Positions 40,254 to 53,092 of a stretch of DNA of 64,000 nt are shown here, in pieces (the first letter of the stretch is position 1; every line of letters begins with the position of its first letter). The translations under genes and the position numbers were made by a program. The stretch is taken from contig OX597827.1 of the NCBI GenBank assembly GCA_951406725.2, forward strand, positions 34,906,001 through 34,970,000, written 5' to 3'. The notes beneath the pieces were generated by a model. The model was not told the origin of the DNA. It made no database searches and was given only the letters and a program-made list of their open reading frames with translations. This stretch comes from Octopus vulgaris. Its lineage: Eukaryota.

Positions 40254-42913
40254 CAGTGGTTCCCAAACTTTTGTTACTCACGGCGCACCTTACAAAACGT
40301 CAAAATATTTTGGTGCACTTCGTACTTAAATTCTAAAATTTATTCAAAAGGGGTTTTATACATATTAGCATAGCATAAACTATAAACTATATAGATAACT
40401 AAAAATACTGAAAAATTGCATGTACTTTCTCTTTATTCAATATATGAAGCAAAGTTATCAATGCGCTTGATGTTTTTTGGAAACGTTTTCAATATGGGGA
40501 CGTATTTGAGAAAGACAATCCCACATTTCTTCTTGGATGCAACGAAGCCGCTCTCTTTTTTTGAATTAGATGTTATTGAGGGTTGAAAATTCCAACCCAC
40601 ATTAATACGATGTGGATAACTGCATCAACATGGATAAAGCGTTTTCTTTTTTGGTACTGAGGGGTCTTCTCCAATAATAGCAACGCATGTACAGAGAAGT
40701 TAAAAATCAGCATACTTTATTTTTAAGTCCGCCATCACTGGATATAGATGAAAATTCCTCTTCTTCACATACTTTCAGACCAATATTAGATGGAATTTTT
40801 ATGAGGGGATTTCGAACCCAATCATACTCTTCTGTGTTCAGTGACAGAAAATAAAAGTGTATGCTTTCTTCCAGATTTGTCGAATGTTCAAATACAATAG
40901 GAGTCATTTCTTTTATGCAGCTTTTACGTATTAAGGGAACTATTTCGAAGGTACCGCCTTCAGCTTCATTTTACCAAATTACAATGAAACCAGCTTATCT
41001 GTCGAAGTGAGAATGTTTTCATCTCTACCTTGAATACTTGTGTTGACGCTATTAAGTTGTGCAAATATCTCTGTTAAATATTCCAGCTTAGAAACTCAAA
41101 ATTCACATTGTAGATATTTCAAGAAGCGTTCATACTTTACTTCTTTTAAAAAATGCATGCAATCCCTTCTGGAGTTCATGCATGCGACGTAGCACCTTGC
41201 CTTTTGAGATCCACCTGACTTTTGTGTGTAAAAGTAAGCGCATGTGCTGAGAATCCATATCTACACAAATTTGTTCAAATAAACAACACTTCAACAGCCT
41301 ACTTTTAATATAATTAACCATTTCAACAACTTGGTTTAATACTTGCTTTAACTCAACAAGTATTGTTTTTGAAACTAGTACCTCCTTATGTAGGAAACAA
41401 TGAGTACGTATAATTTTAGGATTTTGCTGTTGTATGAGCGATACAAAACCTTTAATAGAGCCTATCATAGATGGTGCCCCGTTGGTACATATTCCAATAC
41501 ATGAATTCCAGGACAAATTCCATTTTTCGAGGTAGGCACGTAAAATGTCAAAAATATCTTGTCCTCTTGTTGCGAGTGGCATTTCTTCGCAACAAAAGAA
41601 CTGGTTTATGATTTGGTTACCATAAAGCGAATAAATTTAAGTAATTATACTTTGTTGCTAATGTCAGTTGATTCATCAACCTGTAGAGCAAACTCCGAGT
41701 TCTGAAGTTTGTTCTGTACATTTTCCTCTATATCAGCAGATAAGTCTATAATTCTCCTATGGAGAGCGGAATCTTGTTCCTTGCTCGGCTTCAGCACCTA
41801 ACATGGTTTTCACCATCTTTCTACAAATGGGTAAGATAATCGACTCGGCTAAAGTATGCGCTTTCGTTTGTAGCGCAATCATTTCAGCTATCCCAAGAGA
41901 CGCTACTTGAGCCTTTTCAGAAGCATTCATCCTTTTTTCAAAATAATTTCTTTGTTTATATTGTTGTTTTAGCAGTCTTTGGAAATAATTCAGATTTTTA
42001 CATTGAAGATGAGTGTTTAGTTGTAAAGTGTCTTTTCAACTTGCTGGGCAACATGCCTTCGTTAGACAAACAACACACAGCGGAAGAGGTTGATCCTCGT
42101 TGTCAGTCCAATGAAACCCAAACTTTAATTAACTATTGCAATATTTACGATTGGGTCGAGCTTTCGCATTATTATCACTATGTTTAGTTGCTTTTGATGA
42201 GCGTTCACTTTCAGATTCATAATCGTCATGGTTATGTTTCCTCTTAATAAACATTTCCATTTTATGGGTAATTTAGTCTGTTGATATCACTTGTCTCGCA
42301 CAAAGAGCACAGATTACTTACAGAATCAAACTGAGACCGAGACAAGTGACCAATAAGCTGTGAAAGTGGCCGCGTGTCACATATTATCGGACTCTTTTGA
42401 GAAGTATTGAGAAATTAATTGAAAAGATGAAAATTATCGCCACTGTATGAATGAAAAAAAATTGCAATACAGCCGCAATACACGAGGACGTATTAAAAGA
42501 TTTAGTTCAACATCGTATACTATCGTTCAATAGTATATTTTTCACGCTTATTATTGAAATGAAAATTGTTGAGGCTGCGACCGAAATAAACTGAAACATT
42601 GTCTTGCACTGAATGTGTCCATAAGACGTCAATTTCAAGGATAGATTGATGCTAATTTAGTTCCTATCCTTACGAAATTTCAGATTCAAAATTGAATAAC
42701 ACTGTCATACAATAATTAGCCCAAATGAATTGAATGACACAACCACCTCTCATTCTTAGTTTAGAACTTAGTATTTAGTTTTTTGCCACTTTGACATTTA
42801 TATATGAACTTTCTAGTGAATTTCGGTTTGTATTTTTCATATTTTCAAATATAATCTTACTTTTTCGAGGCGCACCTAATTTCATCTTACGGCGCACGGT
42901 TTGGGAACCACCG
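40254..42913 (-). mobile_element. Full-length hAT transposon (Buster/Charlie/SPIN-like)
   Basis: TIRs CAGTGGTTCCCAAAC / CGGTGGTTCCCAAAC (14/15); perfect 8-bp TSD TCCAAGAG at 40246-40253 and 42914-42921. Confidence 0.95.
40458..42260 (-). pseudogene. Disrupted hAT transposase (ZBED5/ZBED8/SCAND3-like group)
   Basis: FALQVDESTD, GICTNGAPSM, THCFLH, LLLHTKVRWISKGKVL and YDWVRNP motifs; stops and frameshifts. Confidence 0.9.
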
Positions 42914-43398
42914 TCCAAGAGAGATGTCAAAACAAAGACTAAGGAGTCTGTCACTCTCCGTTGTTGGATGGCCGTTGACTTTACCGAGTTCATCCACCTC
43001 ATGATAGGTTTCATTTTTGTCTTGCCGGATATCTTCCCCCACCAAAAAAAACCCCCAAAACCCAAACAAACTCTGTAGGATTGCCTGTTTATCACCGACG
43101 GCCCGACCATGCAACGGATTACATGTCCCGTACATACAAATATACATAAAAACATACATACATATTCATACATATGAATAGACTTATTAACATATATACG
43201 ACAAGCTTTCGCAGAGTTTCCGCCTATCAAATTATTTCACAAGGTGTTGATTTGGTGTCCTGGAGCTATAGAAGACACTGGCTCAGGGTACTGCGCCATG
43301 GAACCGATCGCGAAAGCATATCGTTGCGAAGCAAGCTACTTTACCACCCGGTCGTGCCTGCAGCTATATGGAGAATATATTTATATATTTTATGTGTA

Positions 43399-43916
43399 CC
43401 GTAAATCCTCGAGTATAGTCCGCCCTTGAGTATAATACGCAGGGGATTTTTAGGGGGATGTACCTCTAAAAAACCTGAACCTTTTGTATAATACGCACCC
43501 CTTCTCTAACTTGAGTCGTGCGTAATTAAGCCAGCAGCACCTAGTCGAACAAACACTTCCGCGCATGCGTAATACAATAATGGTGATGTTCTTAACAATA
43601 TGGGAATGTAAATATATTTGCAAATTGTTTTTGTTATATGTTATTCTGTGTTCTGAATACTTTTATTTTAATAAATGTTGCTTACTGGAAGTTATGGATG
43701 ATTCTTTTATGACTTCGTTGCTTTCAGGCTTGGCTTAAGGTATTTTCACGCCCGACATCATAAAATGCGTCTGAATAAACATTGCCGGACAGCAAATAGA
43801 GACTCGGATATTGCTTAGAGAATATTTTTCATTTTTAACCTCGTATATAGTACACACTAGGGATTTTGACCGTTAAATTTTGGGAAAAAATGCGGATTAT
43901 ACTCGAGGATTTACGG
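43399..43916. mobile_element. Tc2/pogo-type MITE
   Basis: TIR ccgtaaatcctcgagtata at both ends; TA TSD. Confidence 0.9.
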
Positions 43917-46893
43917 TATATATGAATGGAAATGTGTATGTATATGTATGTGTGCATATTGTGAGTGCTTGTGTGTGTGCATATGCGGGATAGCGATACA
44001 CATCCCTGTATATGTGTGAATGTGTAAACAAGTATACTATTGTAGACCGTAAAATACTCTACGGATGTTCTCTTCCCTATTTTGTACAGTTCAACCTGTT
44101 GCATGGTCGGGTCGTCGGCGACTAAACCGGCAACCCCACCAAGCTTGCTTGGGGAAGAGGGTGTTTATTGGACACCCTGCGGGATGAAAAACAAAACCCG
44201 TCAAAGGGCGGAGGAACTCTTGAGAGTCAACGGCCATCCAATAAATGTCTTAAGGCTGTATCATGCGCGGGGACATAGAAATAATCGGACTGAATACCCG
44301 ATCGCGCGGTTAAACCATTGGGAGTGAAGGACTCCTAGCCTTTGTTAGGGCATCCTTCTAGGAGAAGGTAACTCAGGTAACTGGGATAACTCCGACATAA
44401 AATCTGCGGCTCAGTGGTTACCGATGACGTTGACTTGTTCTTCTTTTCGGATTCTGGCTGCTGTTGCTTAGTGAGTGAGATTGACTCAGTGCACAGCCTT
44501 TTCTCACTTAAAAAAAAAAAATCTTGCACAGGCATTGCACGATAACAACATTGATTAAGCTTCATGCAATGACCATATTCGATAACGAGGGGGCAGCCAC
44601 CATGTATGTATGTATGTATGTATGTATGTATGTATGTATGTATGTATGTATGTATGTATGTATGTATGTATGTATGTATGTATGCATGTATGTATGTATG
44701 TATGTATGTATGTATGTATGTATGTATACACACACATATATGAACATAAACAAATTTGAAAAAACAAAAATCAACGAAAATCCAGGGGACGTTGACAATT
44801 AATGTTATTAGGTTGATACTTAAGAATGGAATAAAAATTATGGTGTAAAAGTATAACATTTTGGGTATAGTTCTTCGGATACTAGAGGTAAGTCCAGGAG
44901 AGACCTGGAAGAGAGGGAAGAGAAGGAGAAAAAACATGTATGGGTTAGGGTGTGGATCAAGTTCACATGTTCGACCTATGTGTTTGTGAGTATGTGTGTT
45001 TGTGTGCGTGCGTGTGCGCGTGTGTGGCTGTATGTGGTTATATGTGTGTGGTTGTATGTGGTTATATGTATGCATTCAGTATATACTCGCAAAGCAGCTT
45101 AGAACAAAATAGTGTGCATTTATTTTTAACAGGTTCCTGCACACTAGAACGTGAACGGCATTCGCTGCAGGATTTCTCTCTATAGAATTTCTATGTACAA
45201 TCTTTATGCGCTTATATTAAATTAATTTCAGTTTGATAAGTCTTAGCACACACAAGTAAGTGTTTTCTTTGTTGTTTTCTGTAAAGGAACACATGTTTCT
45301 GTCTCACTCGAAATGACCGAGGCGGTGTAATCACAGCGAAACACTATATCTAGGAATCTACTGACGTAATTTCGAGCTTGGCGTGTCTATACACACGAAG
45401 TATATGAGAAGCTTGTTCTCTAAAACAAGATCCCTCAGTGAATGCCATTCATTAAGTGTGTGGGAAAGTGTTAAAAATAGATGTACACATCATATAAGTA
45501 TGCGTGAATGTCTGTATGTATGTATGTATGTATGTATGTATGTATGTATGTATGTATGTATGTATGTATGTATGTATGTATGTATGTATGTATGTATGTA
45601 TGTATGTATGTATATAGTTGAAATTTACAGAGAAATAAATTCGCCATCTCCCTTCACCTAAAATCAACTCCACGCATATTCCCACAACCTTCCACCTTTA
45701 ACTGTTCCCTCCCCAGCACTTGTACACCGTCGAACTCAGTATCCTCACCACACACACCATTATATAAACATCCACCCATACACACTGTTCAACTCAGTAC
45801 TCACATCGCACACCATTGCGCACGCCCCCACACTCACACAAACATACATTCACATACACCTTCCCACTCCACACTCACTAGCATCCAGCACCTCCTAGTA
45901 CCCACACCACATATCATTATGCACACATCCACACACACTTACCAGTACTCTTACCACACACACCATTATACGAACACCTCTGCCCACTGTTCAACTTAGT
46001 AGCCGCACAACACACCATTATGCACATTCCCCCACACACTCACGTATACAAGCATTCACACACACCTTCCCACTCCACACACACACACACACACACACTA
46101 GCACCCAACATTTCCCAACATCTCCCAACCACTACCTTTTGTCACCCTATCCCACCTCGCACCTCCATGCATTCCTCCACAACACACAGTATTCACTCCT
46201 AAAATACACACACAAACATGCACCGAACACGCCTGAACACAGACAATATACACACGCACACAGCACGCATAAACTCACACAACTTTCGCATAAACATACA
46301 CAATACACACGCACACTGTAGAGTCACACACACACACACTCCATGCTCTAACACACATACACGTGCATACCACTCCATCAAGCACACATTAAATCCTACG
46401 CACAAGCGTTTTGCACACACGCACGCACACACATCATACACACACGCATGCGATAGCATCACACACGTACTATACACAGCCTCACACACATATACACACG
46501 TCCATACACACACACCTCATCCACACATACATTCACACGCGCTCGCCCCCATTCACACATACGCACTCACACACATCATTCTTACATAATACACGCACTT
46601 GCGCACCCTATTTCAGCCGGGTCACTGTTATTATCTCCCTTTTATACAGCTTCTTTCTTCCAGTCATTTCATCATGTTGAACCGTTAATCCCTACACATT
46701 TTTCTCTCTGTTTGTTCTTTTTCGTTCTATCCATTTGTTTCCACTCAACTCTTTCCGTCGAAGAGCGTAGGCTTGAAACATTAAAGACCTTTCCATTCTT
46801 CTCGAGCATCAAATTAGTACACATGCTTGTTGTTCCCTCATCTGTTTTCGTCTCTTGTTTTCTGTAAATTTGAAACACACACACACACATACA

Positions 46894-46939
<46 letters not shown>

Positions 46940-46941
<2 letters not shown>

Positions 46942-47985
46942 TAGAGTAATGTAGGTTCCAATGAAAAGACAACTTTCACGATACTGACAACCAAAAACAG
47001 ATTATTTTTCTCAATATATTTTTCGAAAGACACAATTCATCATATAAAATATATAATATATAAATGCAAAAAATATATATAAGATATATAAAAATATATA
47101 TAAGATATACATCCGTTTGAGATGCCCTGAAATTGTAAATCTGATCTAAAACCTAAAAAAAGTTTGAAGGTTAAATGTACACGGTCAATGCATAGCAAAA
47201 TCAAAAATATTAAAAAGATGTATGGGTAGCTCAAAAAAGCGAATATTTAAGTCTAGAGATCAGATTCATGCATATCCTACGGACGTTTCGGGAAAGGTAT
47301 TTCAGAATGCTTGAACTATTTATACCTATCTCGAATATAGACATTTCCTTCATCAGGGATTATTTGAAAAGTTAAAAAAATTATTTAAGAGATTTTAAAA
47401 GACTTCATACTTGGACCAGGTATCCTATGTTGTGATAAAAATTTGTTCAGATAACTAAAATAAATTCTAAAATGATGGTTAAATGTACTACAAATCTCAC
47501 GGAAAAATAATGCATTTACGGCTATTCTAAAACATATTGAGGATGAAAGGTCGGAATTTTAGGTTTCAATTATTAACATGGGTTGGCTCTACTTTAAAGA
47601 GAAAAAAAGTTGAAAGTTGAAAAATACCTATGTTTACAAAATACAAAAGCATCCAAAATCTTATTTAATAATATCTTTCTACTCATTCGAAGTATACTAA
47701 TGAAGTCTTTGTGCATAATCTACACAATCTAGTGTGTGTGTTATATGGAGTAGTTTGTGTAATTATTGACCATTTTTTGCGCTTTTAAATTATCTATGTG
47801 TCTGGTTAGTGCTGTCCAATTTTTCGTGCTTGGATTTGTAAATGAATTTTTATGGGTCCTATACCTAGTTTTAAGGTCTATTGTGCTTCCTCTGTAGATT
47901 TTCTTGGCTTCTTTTCAGGTACTTACTTCACACATGTAAACTAGGTTTCTTTTTCAAACAGGACCCTTTTAACGGGCAAAATTCT
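46940..47985 (-). mobile_element. Penelope-like element 3' end: GIY-YIG endonuclease remnant plus non-coding terminal region
   Basis: Minus strand 47985-47800 reads CPLKGSCL..LVYMCEV...IYRGSTIDLKTRYRTHK...TALTRHI; hammerhead motif downstream. Confidence 0.75.
47274..47360 (-). ncRNA. Type I hammerhead ribozyme motif (Penelope-associated)
   Basis: Minus strand: ATCC-CTGATGA-aggaaa...tttccc-GAAAC-gtcc-GTA-GGAT. Confidence 0.75.
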
Positions 47986-48863
47986 GGGGCTTCGGCGTTT
48001 GGTGCGAATTGCTGGCTTCAGTTTGTTGACCAGCAAAGCACTATATCTTGCACTGCTGATGGTACACCTCTTTTCCAGAGAGTCTTCCATTATAGGCCCT
48101 TTTGAGTCCCAAAAGATGGTTAGCATCACCTTTCCCGCGGAAGACTGAGTCTTGAATTTCTTCGTCGCCGTCGAGCCAGGATGTTTCCACTCCATACTCT
48201 GCATTTTGAATTCTACGTCATAATAATAGACTCACGTTTCATCTCCTACGACTATTCTGCTTAAAAATTCCGCGCCCTCATTGTTATAGAGATCGAGTAA
48301 ACGATGGCAGACCTCAAGACGTTTGTGCTTGTGCTTTGCAGTAAGCTCTCTTAACACCCATCTTGCACAGACTTTATGGAAGCCGAGTTCATCATGGATG
48401 ATTTGATTGGAAGAACCATGACTAATCTGCAGAGAACGAGCTACTTCATCGATGATAACTCGCCGGTTCACCATTACCATCTCTCGAGCTTGCTGAACCT
48501 TCTTGTCAGTGGTGGAAATTGACTGGCGTTCTGCTCCGTGTTTGTGCGTCACGCTTGTCCGGCCACTTTTAAACTTCTCGATCCACCCATGCACATTTCT
48601 ACGCGGTAGTGCACTGTCCTCGTATGGTGCTAAAGACTCCGATGAATTTCAGCATCTGACACATCTTCCGACCAAAGAAATCGGATCACTGCTCTTTGTT
48701 CTTCTTTGGTGCACATTGCTAGTGGAGCGGCCTTGCTTATACTGTAAAGGCAGAAAAAAATGGCGTGATCAGGCTCTAACTTCGACCATGTGACCACAAT
48801 GGTACCAACTATAAGCAATGATAAAATGGATTTGTTTCTATTAAGTTTGAGTCATGCACATCT
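47986..48863 (-). mobile_element. Mariner transposon, 3'-truncated pseudogene
   Basis: EQRAVIRFL, CARWVLRELT (WVPHEL motif), RIVVGDET and SAGKVMLTIFWD. Confidence 0.92.
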
Positions 48864-49059
48864 AGTCACAACGATATTCGGTGGTTCGAGATCACAAAAG
48901 CGTTGACTGAAGCAAGCATTACATACTCTTCTAGAGCAAAACGCTTCATTGAATCAAAATATATATGCAGAAAAAATATAATCAGTTGACGTATAAGACA
49001 ATATTTATTGAAACAACAGCCAATACAACATATTAACGACCTTGTCACTTCTCTTAGAC

Positions 49060-49274
49060 CAGTGGTTCCTAACGATTTTTTTCGTGTGGATCCCTTTCAT
49101 TCCGGTTTTACTCGTGTGGATAACATTCGATGTTAAAAAATTCCTGTTATATTTTTGAAATTAAATATTATCAATCTATTGAAGAAGTATAACCAATTTA
49201 TTGTTCTCAAATTTTAAAGACAAAATTTTATGTGGACTCCTAAGGGTCATATGGACACAGGTTAAGAACCTCTG
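49060..49274. mobile_element. hAT-type MITE, degenerate
   Basis: cagtggttcctaac / gttaagaacctctg ends; similar to 27007-27344. Confidence 0.7.
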
Positions 49275-50744
49275 TCTGGAATAGATATCAAAATAATGTA
49301 AATTTCTCACAAGAGGCTTTTTTTTATTATCAAGAAGTCACCACGAAAAACGATCGAAAGGTAGTTTGTCATGAATTTACCTTGTATTATAATACTGCAG
49401 AAAGTTCTTATGTTGCAGGATGCTATTTCTACAGCCCTTTTGCAAATGTCTACGATTAGTGCTGTGTCTCCTATGTCTACAGTGTCTATTATGTCATATG
49501 TCCACCACTGGTCTTATGTCCGATAACACCAATGGTAAACGTAACCTAGTCTGACACCACTATCTCAACCTTGGATACTCTTGGAGAAGTTTACAATATT
49601 GCAAGTATTTGGCCTCGGAATTTTTTCTTTCTACCCGTATTAGAGACTCTGAAATGGTGCAGGTGGTGCTAAGGGGCATAAATGCTTCACTTGCTTCTCA
49701 GATTAATTCATAAAAAAGAACTTACAAAATATTTTATCTTGTGAATAAACTGTGAATAAAAAGTAATTACAAATTTCTTGGCCGGGCGACTCCAGTGTGT
49801 GTGTGTGTGTGTTGTGCGCGCGCGTGTGTCTGTGTGTTTGCATGTGTGTGCATGTGTGTATGTATGTATGTATGAGAGGTATGAACGTGTGAGTGAGTAC
49901 GTTCTGTCGTGAAAAGCTGCAAATAATCGAAATCTGATACACAAGATCAATTCTTCTTTGCACCATTTCTCTCTAATTACTCCTCTTACACGCAATTACC
50001 GACATTCGCCTGGGCTTTCATCACGCTAAGTACCTCATGGTTCATCACATTGTATTGAGGCTATTGATGATAATCCAACGGTGTATAAAGGATTATAAAG
50101 GAGAGGTAGTTAAACATTTTCATTTTCATATATAAAAATGTGCAAGTGAACCAAATTATGTATACATGTACGTGTATATATGCGTATATGTGTATATGTA
50201 GGTGTTATATACGTGTCTGGACATTTTAGAATATGGATTTTAAATAGGAGAATCAATAATATCAATTATATATGTATTGTTCGAAATAAGTTATTATATT
50301 TTGGTCGTTCTTTGTTTAATTGTAAGTGTATGTAAATGAGTGCCTGCATTGACATGTGTATATGTGTCAATATAGAATAAGTAGTGTATGTATTAACAAT
50401 TCTACGAATATATCAATGTATACGTGTGAATTAATATATGTTTATCCATATGCATATGTGTAGTTATACATGTATATAGGTGTGCATCTGCCTATTCATA
50501 TTATAACTGCTAATAGAGGTAGTGATAAGTAGAATAATTTTTACATTATATACAGGAGCCTTATTCAGTGGTTTTGAAGTGTGATTAAGTCTCGATCACA
50601 GTCTGTAGAAGCTAATCGCAATCCACCTGTCAGATATTGAGGTAAGTTGTTTTGTATGGATAAACATAACTTAGTGAAAAATGTTTATGGTAATTATTTG
50701 TGAGCGCATTAATATGCATTATGTCCATTATTTAATTTTATTAT

Positions 50745-51355
50745 AAGGCGGCAAGTTGGCAGAATCGTTAGCATGCTGGGTGAAATGCTTAGCAGTATTT
50801 TGTCCGCCTTTACGTTCTGAGTTCTAATTCTGCCGAGGTCGACTTTGCCTTTCATCCTTTCCGGATCGATAAATTAAGTACCAGTGAAACACTAGGGTCG
50901 ATGAAATCGACTAGGCCCCTTCCTCCAAATTTTCTGGGCCTTGTGCCTAGATAAGAAATAATTATTTAATTTTATTATAAGGCGAGTTTGCAGAAACGTT
51001 ATCACGCCGGGCGAAATACTTATCGGTATTTCGTTCTGAGTTCAAATTCCGTCGAGGTCGACTTTGTCTTTCATCCTTTCAGGGTCGATAAATTAAATAC
51101 CAGTTACGCACTGGGGTCGATATAATCGACTTAATCCGTTTGTCTGTCCTTGTTTGTCCCTTCTGTGTTTAGCCCCTTGTGGGTAGTAAAGAAATAGGTA
51201 TTTCGTCTGAGTTCAAATTCCATTGAGGTCGACTTTGCCTTTGATCCTTTCGGGGTCGATAAATTAAGTGCCAGTTGTGTACTGGGGTCGAGCTGATCGA
51301 CTGGAACCCCGCCCCACAAAATTTCGGGCCTTGGGCCTAGAGTAGAAAACATTAT
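50745..51355 (+). mobile_element. Tandem CORE-like SINE copies (family B)
   Basis: aaggcggcaagttggcagaatcgttag head and gagttcaaattcc B-box; three repeated core segments. Confidence 0.85.
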
Positions 51356-51479
51356 TTAGTTTTATTTCAAGGTTTCCTGTCAAGAGAGAGAAAAAAATCG
51401 GCTTCTAACCTAGATCCAAGGCTCCTTCGCAAAAATTTCAACATCAACTGGGCATTTTTGCATTATGTATGTGTGTATT

Positions 51480-51852
51480 TACTCTTTACTCTCTTTTACT
51501 TGTTTCAGTCATTTGACTGCGGCCATTCTGGAGCACCGCCTTTAATCGAGCAATTCGACCCCGGGACTTATTCTTTTGTAAGCCCAGTACTTATTCTATC
51601 GGTCTCTTTTGCCGAGCCGCAAAACAACCACGGGGACATAAACACACCAGCATCGGTTGTCAAGCAATGCTAGGGGGACAAACACAGACGCACAAACACA
51701 CACACGCATATATACACATATATACGACGTGCTTCTTTCAGTTTCCGTCTACCAAATCCACTCACAAGGCTTTGGTCGGCCCGAGGCTATAGTAGAAGAC
51801 ACTTGCCCATGTGGTTGGTAAACAAGCTACTTACCACACAGCCACTCCTGCG
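51480..51852 (-). mobile_element. SINE family A
   Basis: Reverse complement of 2290-2752 with an internal deletion. Confidence 0.88.
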
Positions 51853-51869
51853 CATGTCTGAATGTTTTC

Positions 51870-52860
51870 TTTTTCTCTTTTTAATTTAGAGTTAATTGAG
51901 ACCGGTCATTTAACTGATAGGAAGGTTGCGAAAGAAAGCATATTAAATTTGTTCCCCATCCTTTAAATGTTAAGAAGATCATACAGATTTTATCATACCA
52001 GATAGCGTGATCATCCGTAGCGTTTGAATTAAGGAGTTGCTTTCTCTCTCCAACAGCCAAAGTTCAACCATACTCTGCTCCACGTGTATTGGTACGCATC
52101 CTCTTACTCAAATAATAATAGGTATAAAAATGAAAATGTAACTTGAGCACTGGATTTGCAAATATATATGTATGTATGCATGTATGTGCGCGTGCACGCG
52201 CGTGTGTATGTATGTATGTATGTATGTATGTATGTATGTATGTATGTATGTATGTATGTATGTATGTATGTCCTCTTTCTCTTTTTAATTCTTAAGTAAA
52301 TTTTAACTGGCCACCTAGTTGGTGGCAAGAGTATGAAGGAAAGTATCTTGTGTAACCATCATCCTTTAAATCTTAAGATTTTGCAGATTTTTATAGTCTC
52401 AGATATCGTGATAAGTCCTTGTTTATGAATTAAGGATTTTCTTTCTCTCTCCAAGACGCCAAGTTCAATCATACTTTGCTCTAGACGAGTTGGCATGTAT
52501 CCTGTTGCTCCAATAGTAATGGGTATGGAGCTGAAAGTGTACCTTGGGTACTGGATTTGCAAGCTTCTTATAAATGGTCCATAGATGTCCTCTTTCTCTT
52601 GTATTTTTCTAACCACACTCGTTTTCAGAGGGCAGCTCATTTCATTTACACTACAGAACGTATCTTTTTTCGTAGTCCCACACGGCGATACCTAACCGGT
52701 TGTGTTTTGACTTGGTTGTTTTAATTTTAAAGTTCCACCAGTATTCTTTTGACTCATCGATTTCAATATGGTCAGCTTCGTTGGTAGGTATTCACTTTTT
52801 TGTTATCCTGTTTCAGACCGTTCTGGCCACCGCATTGTACCTCATGGGAAGATAATATTT
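51870..52860 (-). mobile_element. Two tandem 3' ends of an RLE-type (R4-like) non-LTR element separated by (TATG)n
   Basis: EMSCP...KIQEKEDIYGP...IPITIGATG RLE tail; 51950-52160 is a diverged copy of 52355-52563. Confidence 0.7.
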
Positions 52861-52864
52861 GTTT

Positions 52865-53092
52865 CTGTATTACCCACGAGGGCCTAAACATACAGGAGGC
52901 AAACAAGGACAGACAAACGGATTAAGTCGATTACATCGACCCCAGTACGTAACTGGTACTTAATTTATCGATCCCGAAAGAATGAAAGGCAAAGTCGACC
53001 TCGGCGGAATTTGAACTCAGAACGTAATGGCAGATGAAATACGGTTACGCATTTTGTCCGGCGTGCTAACGGTTCTGCCAGCTCGCCGCCTT
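52865..53092 (-). mobile_element. SINE family B
   Basis: Reverse complement of 50979-51200. Confidence 0.88.
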
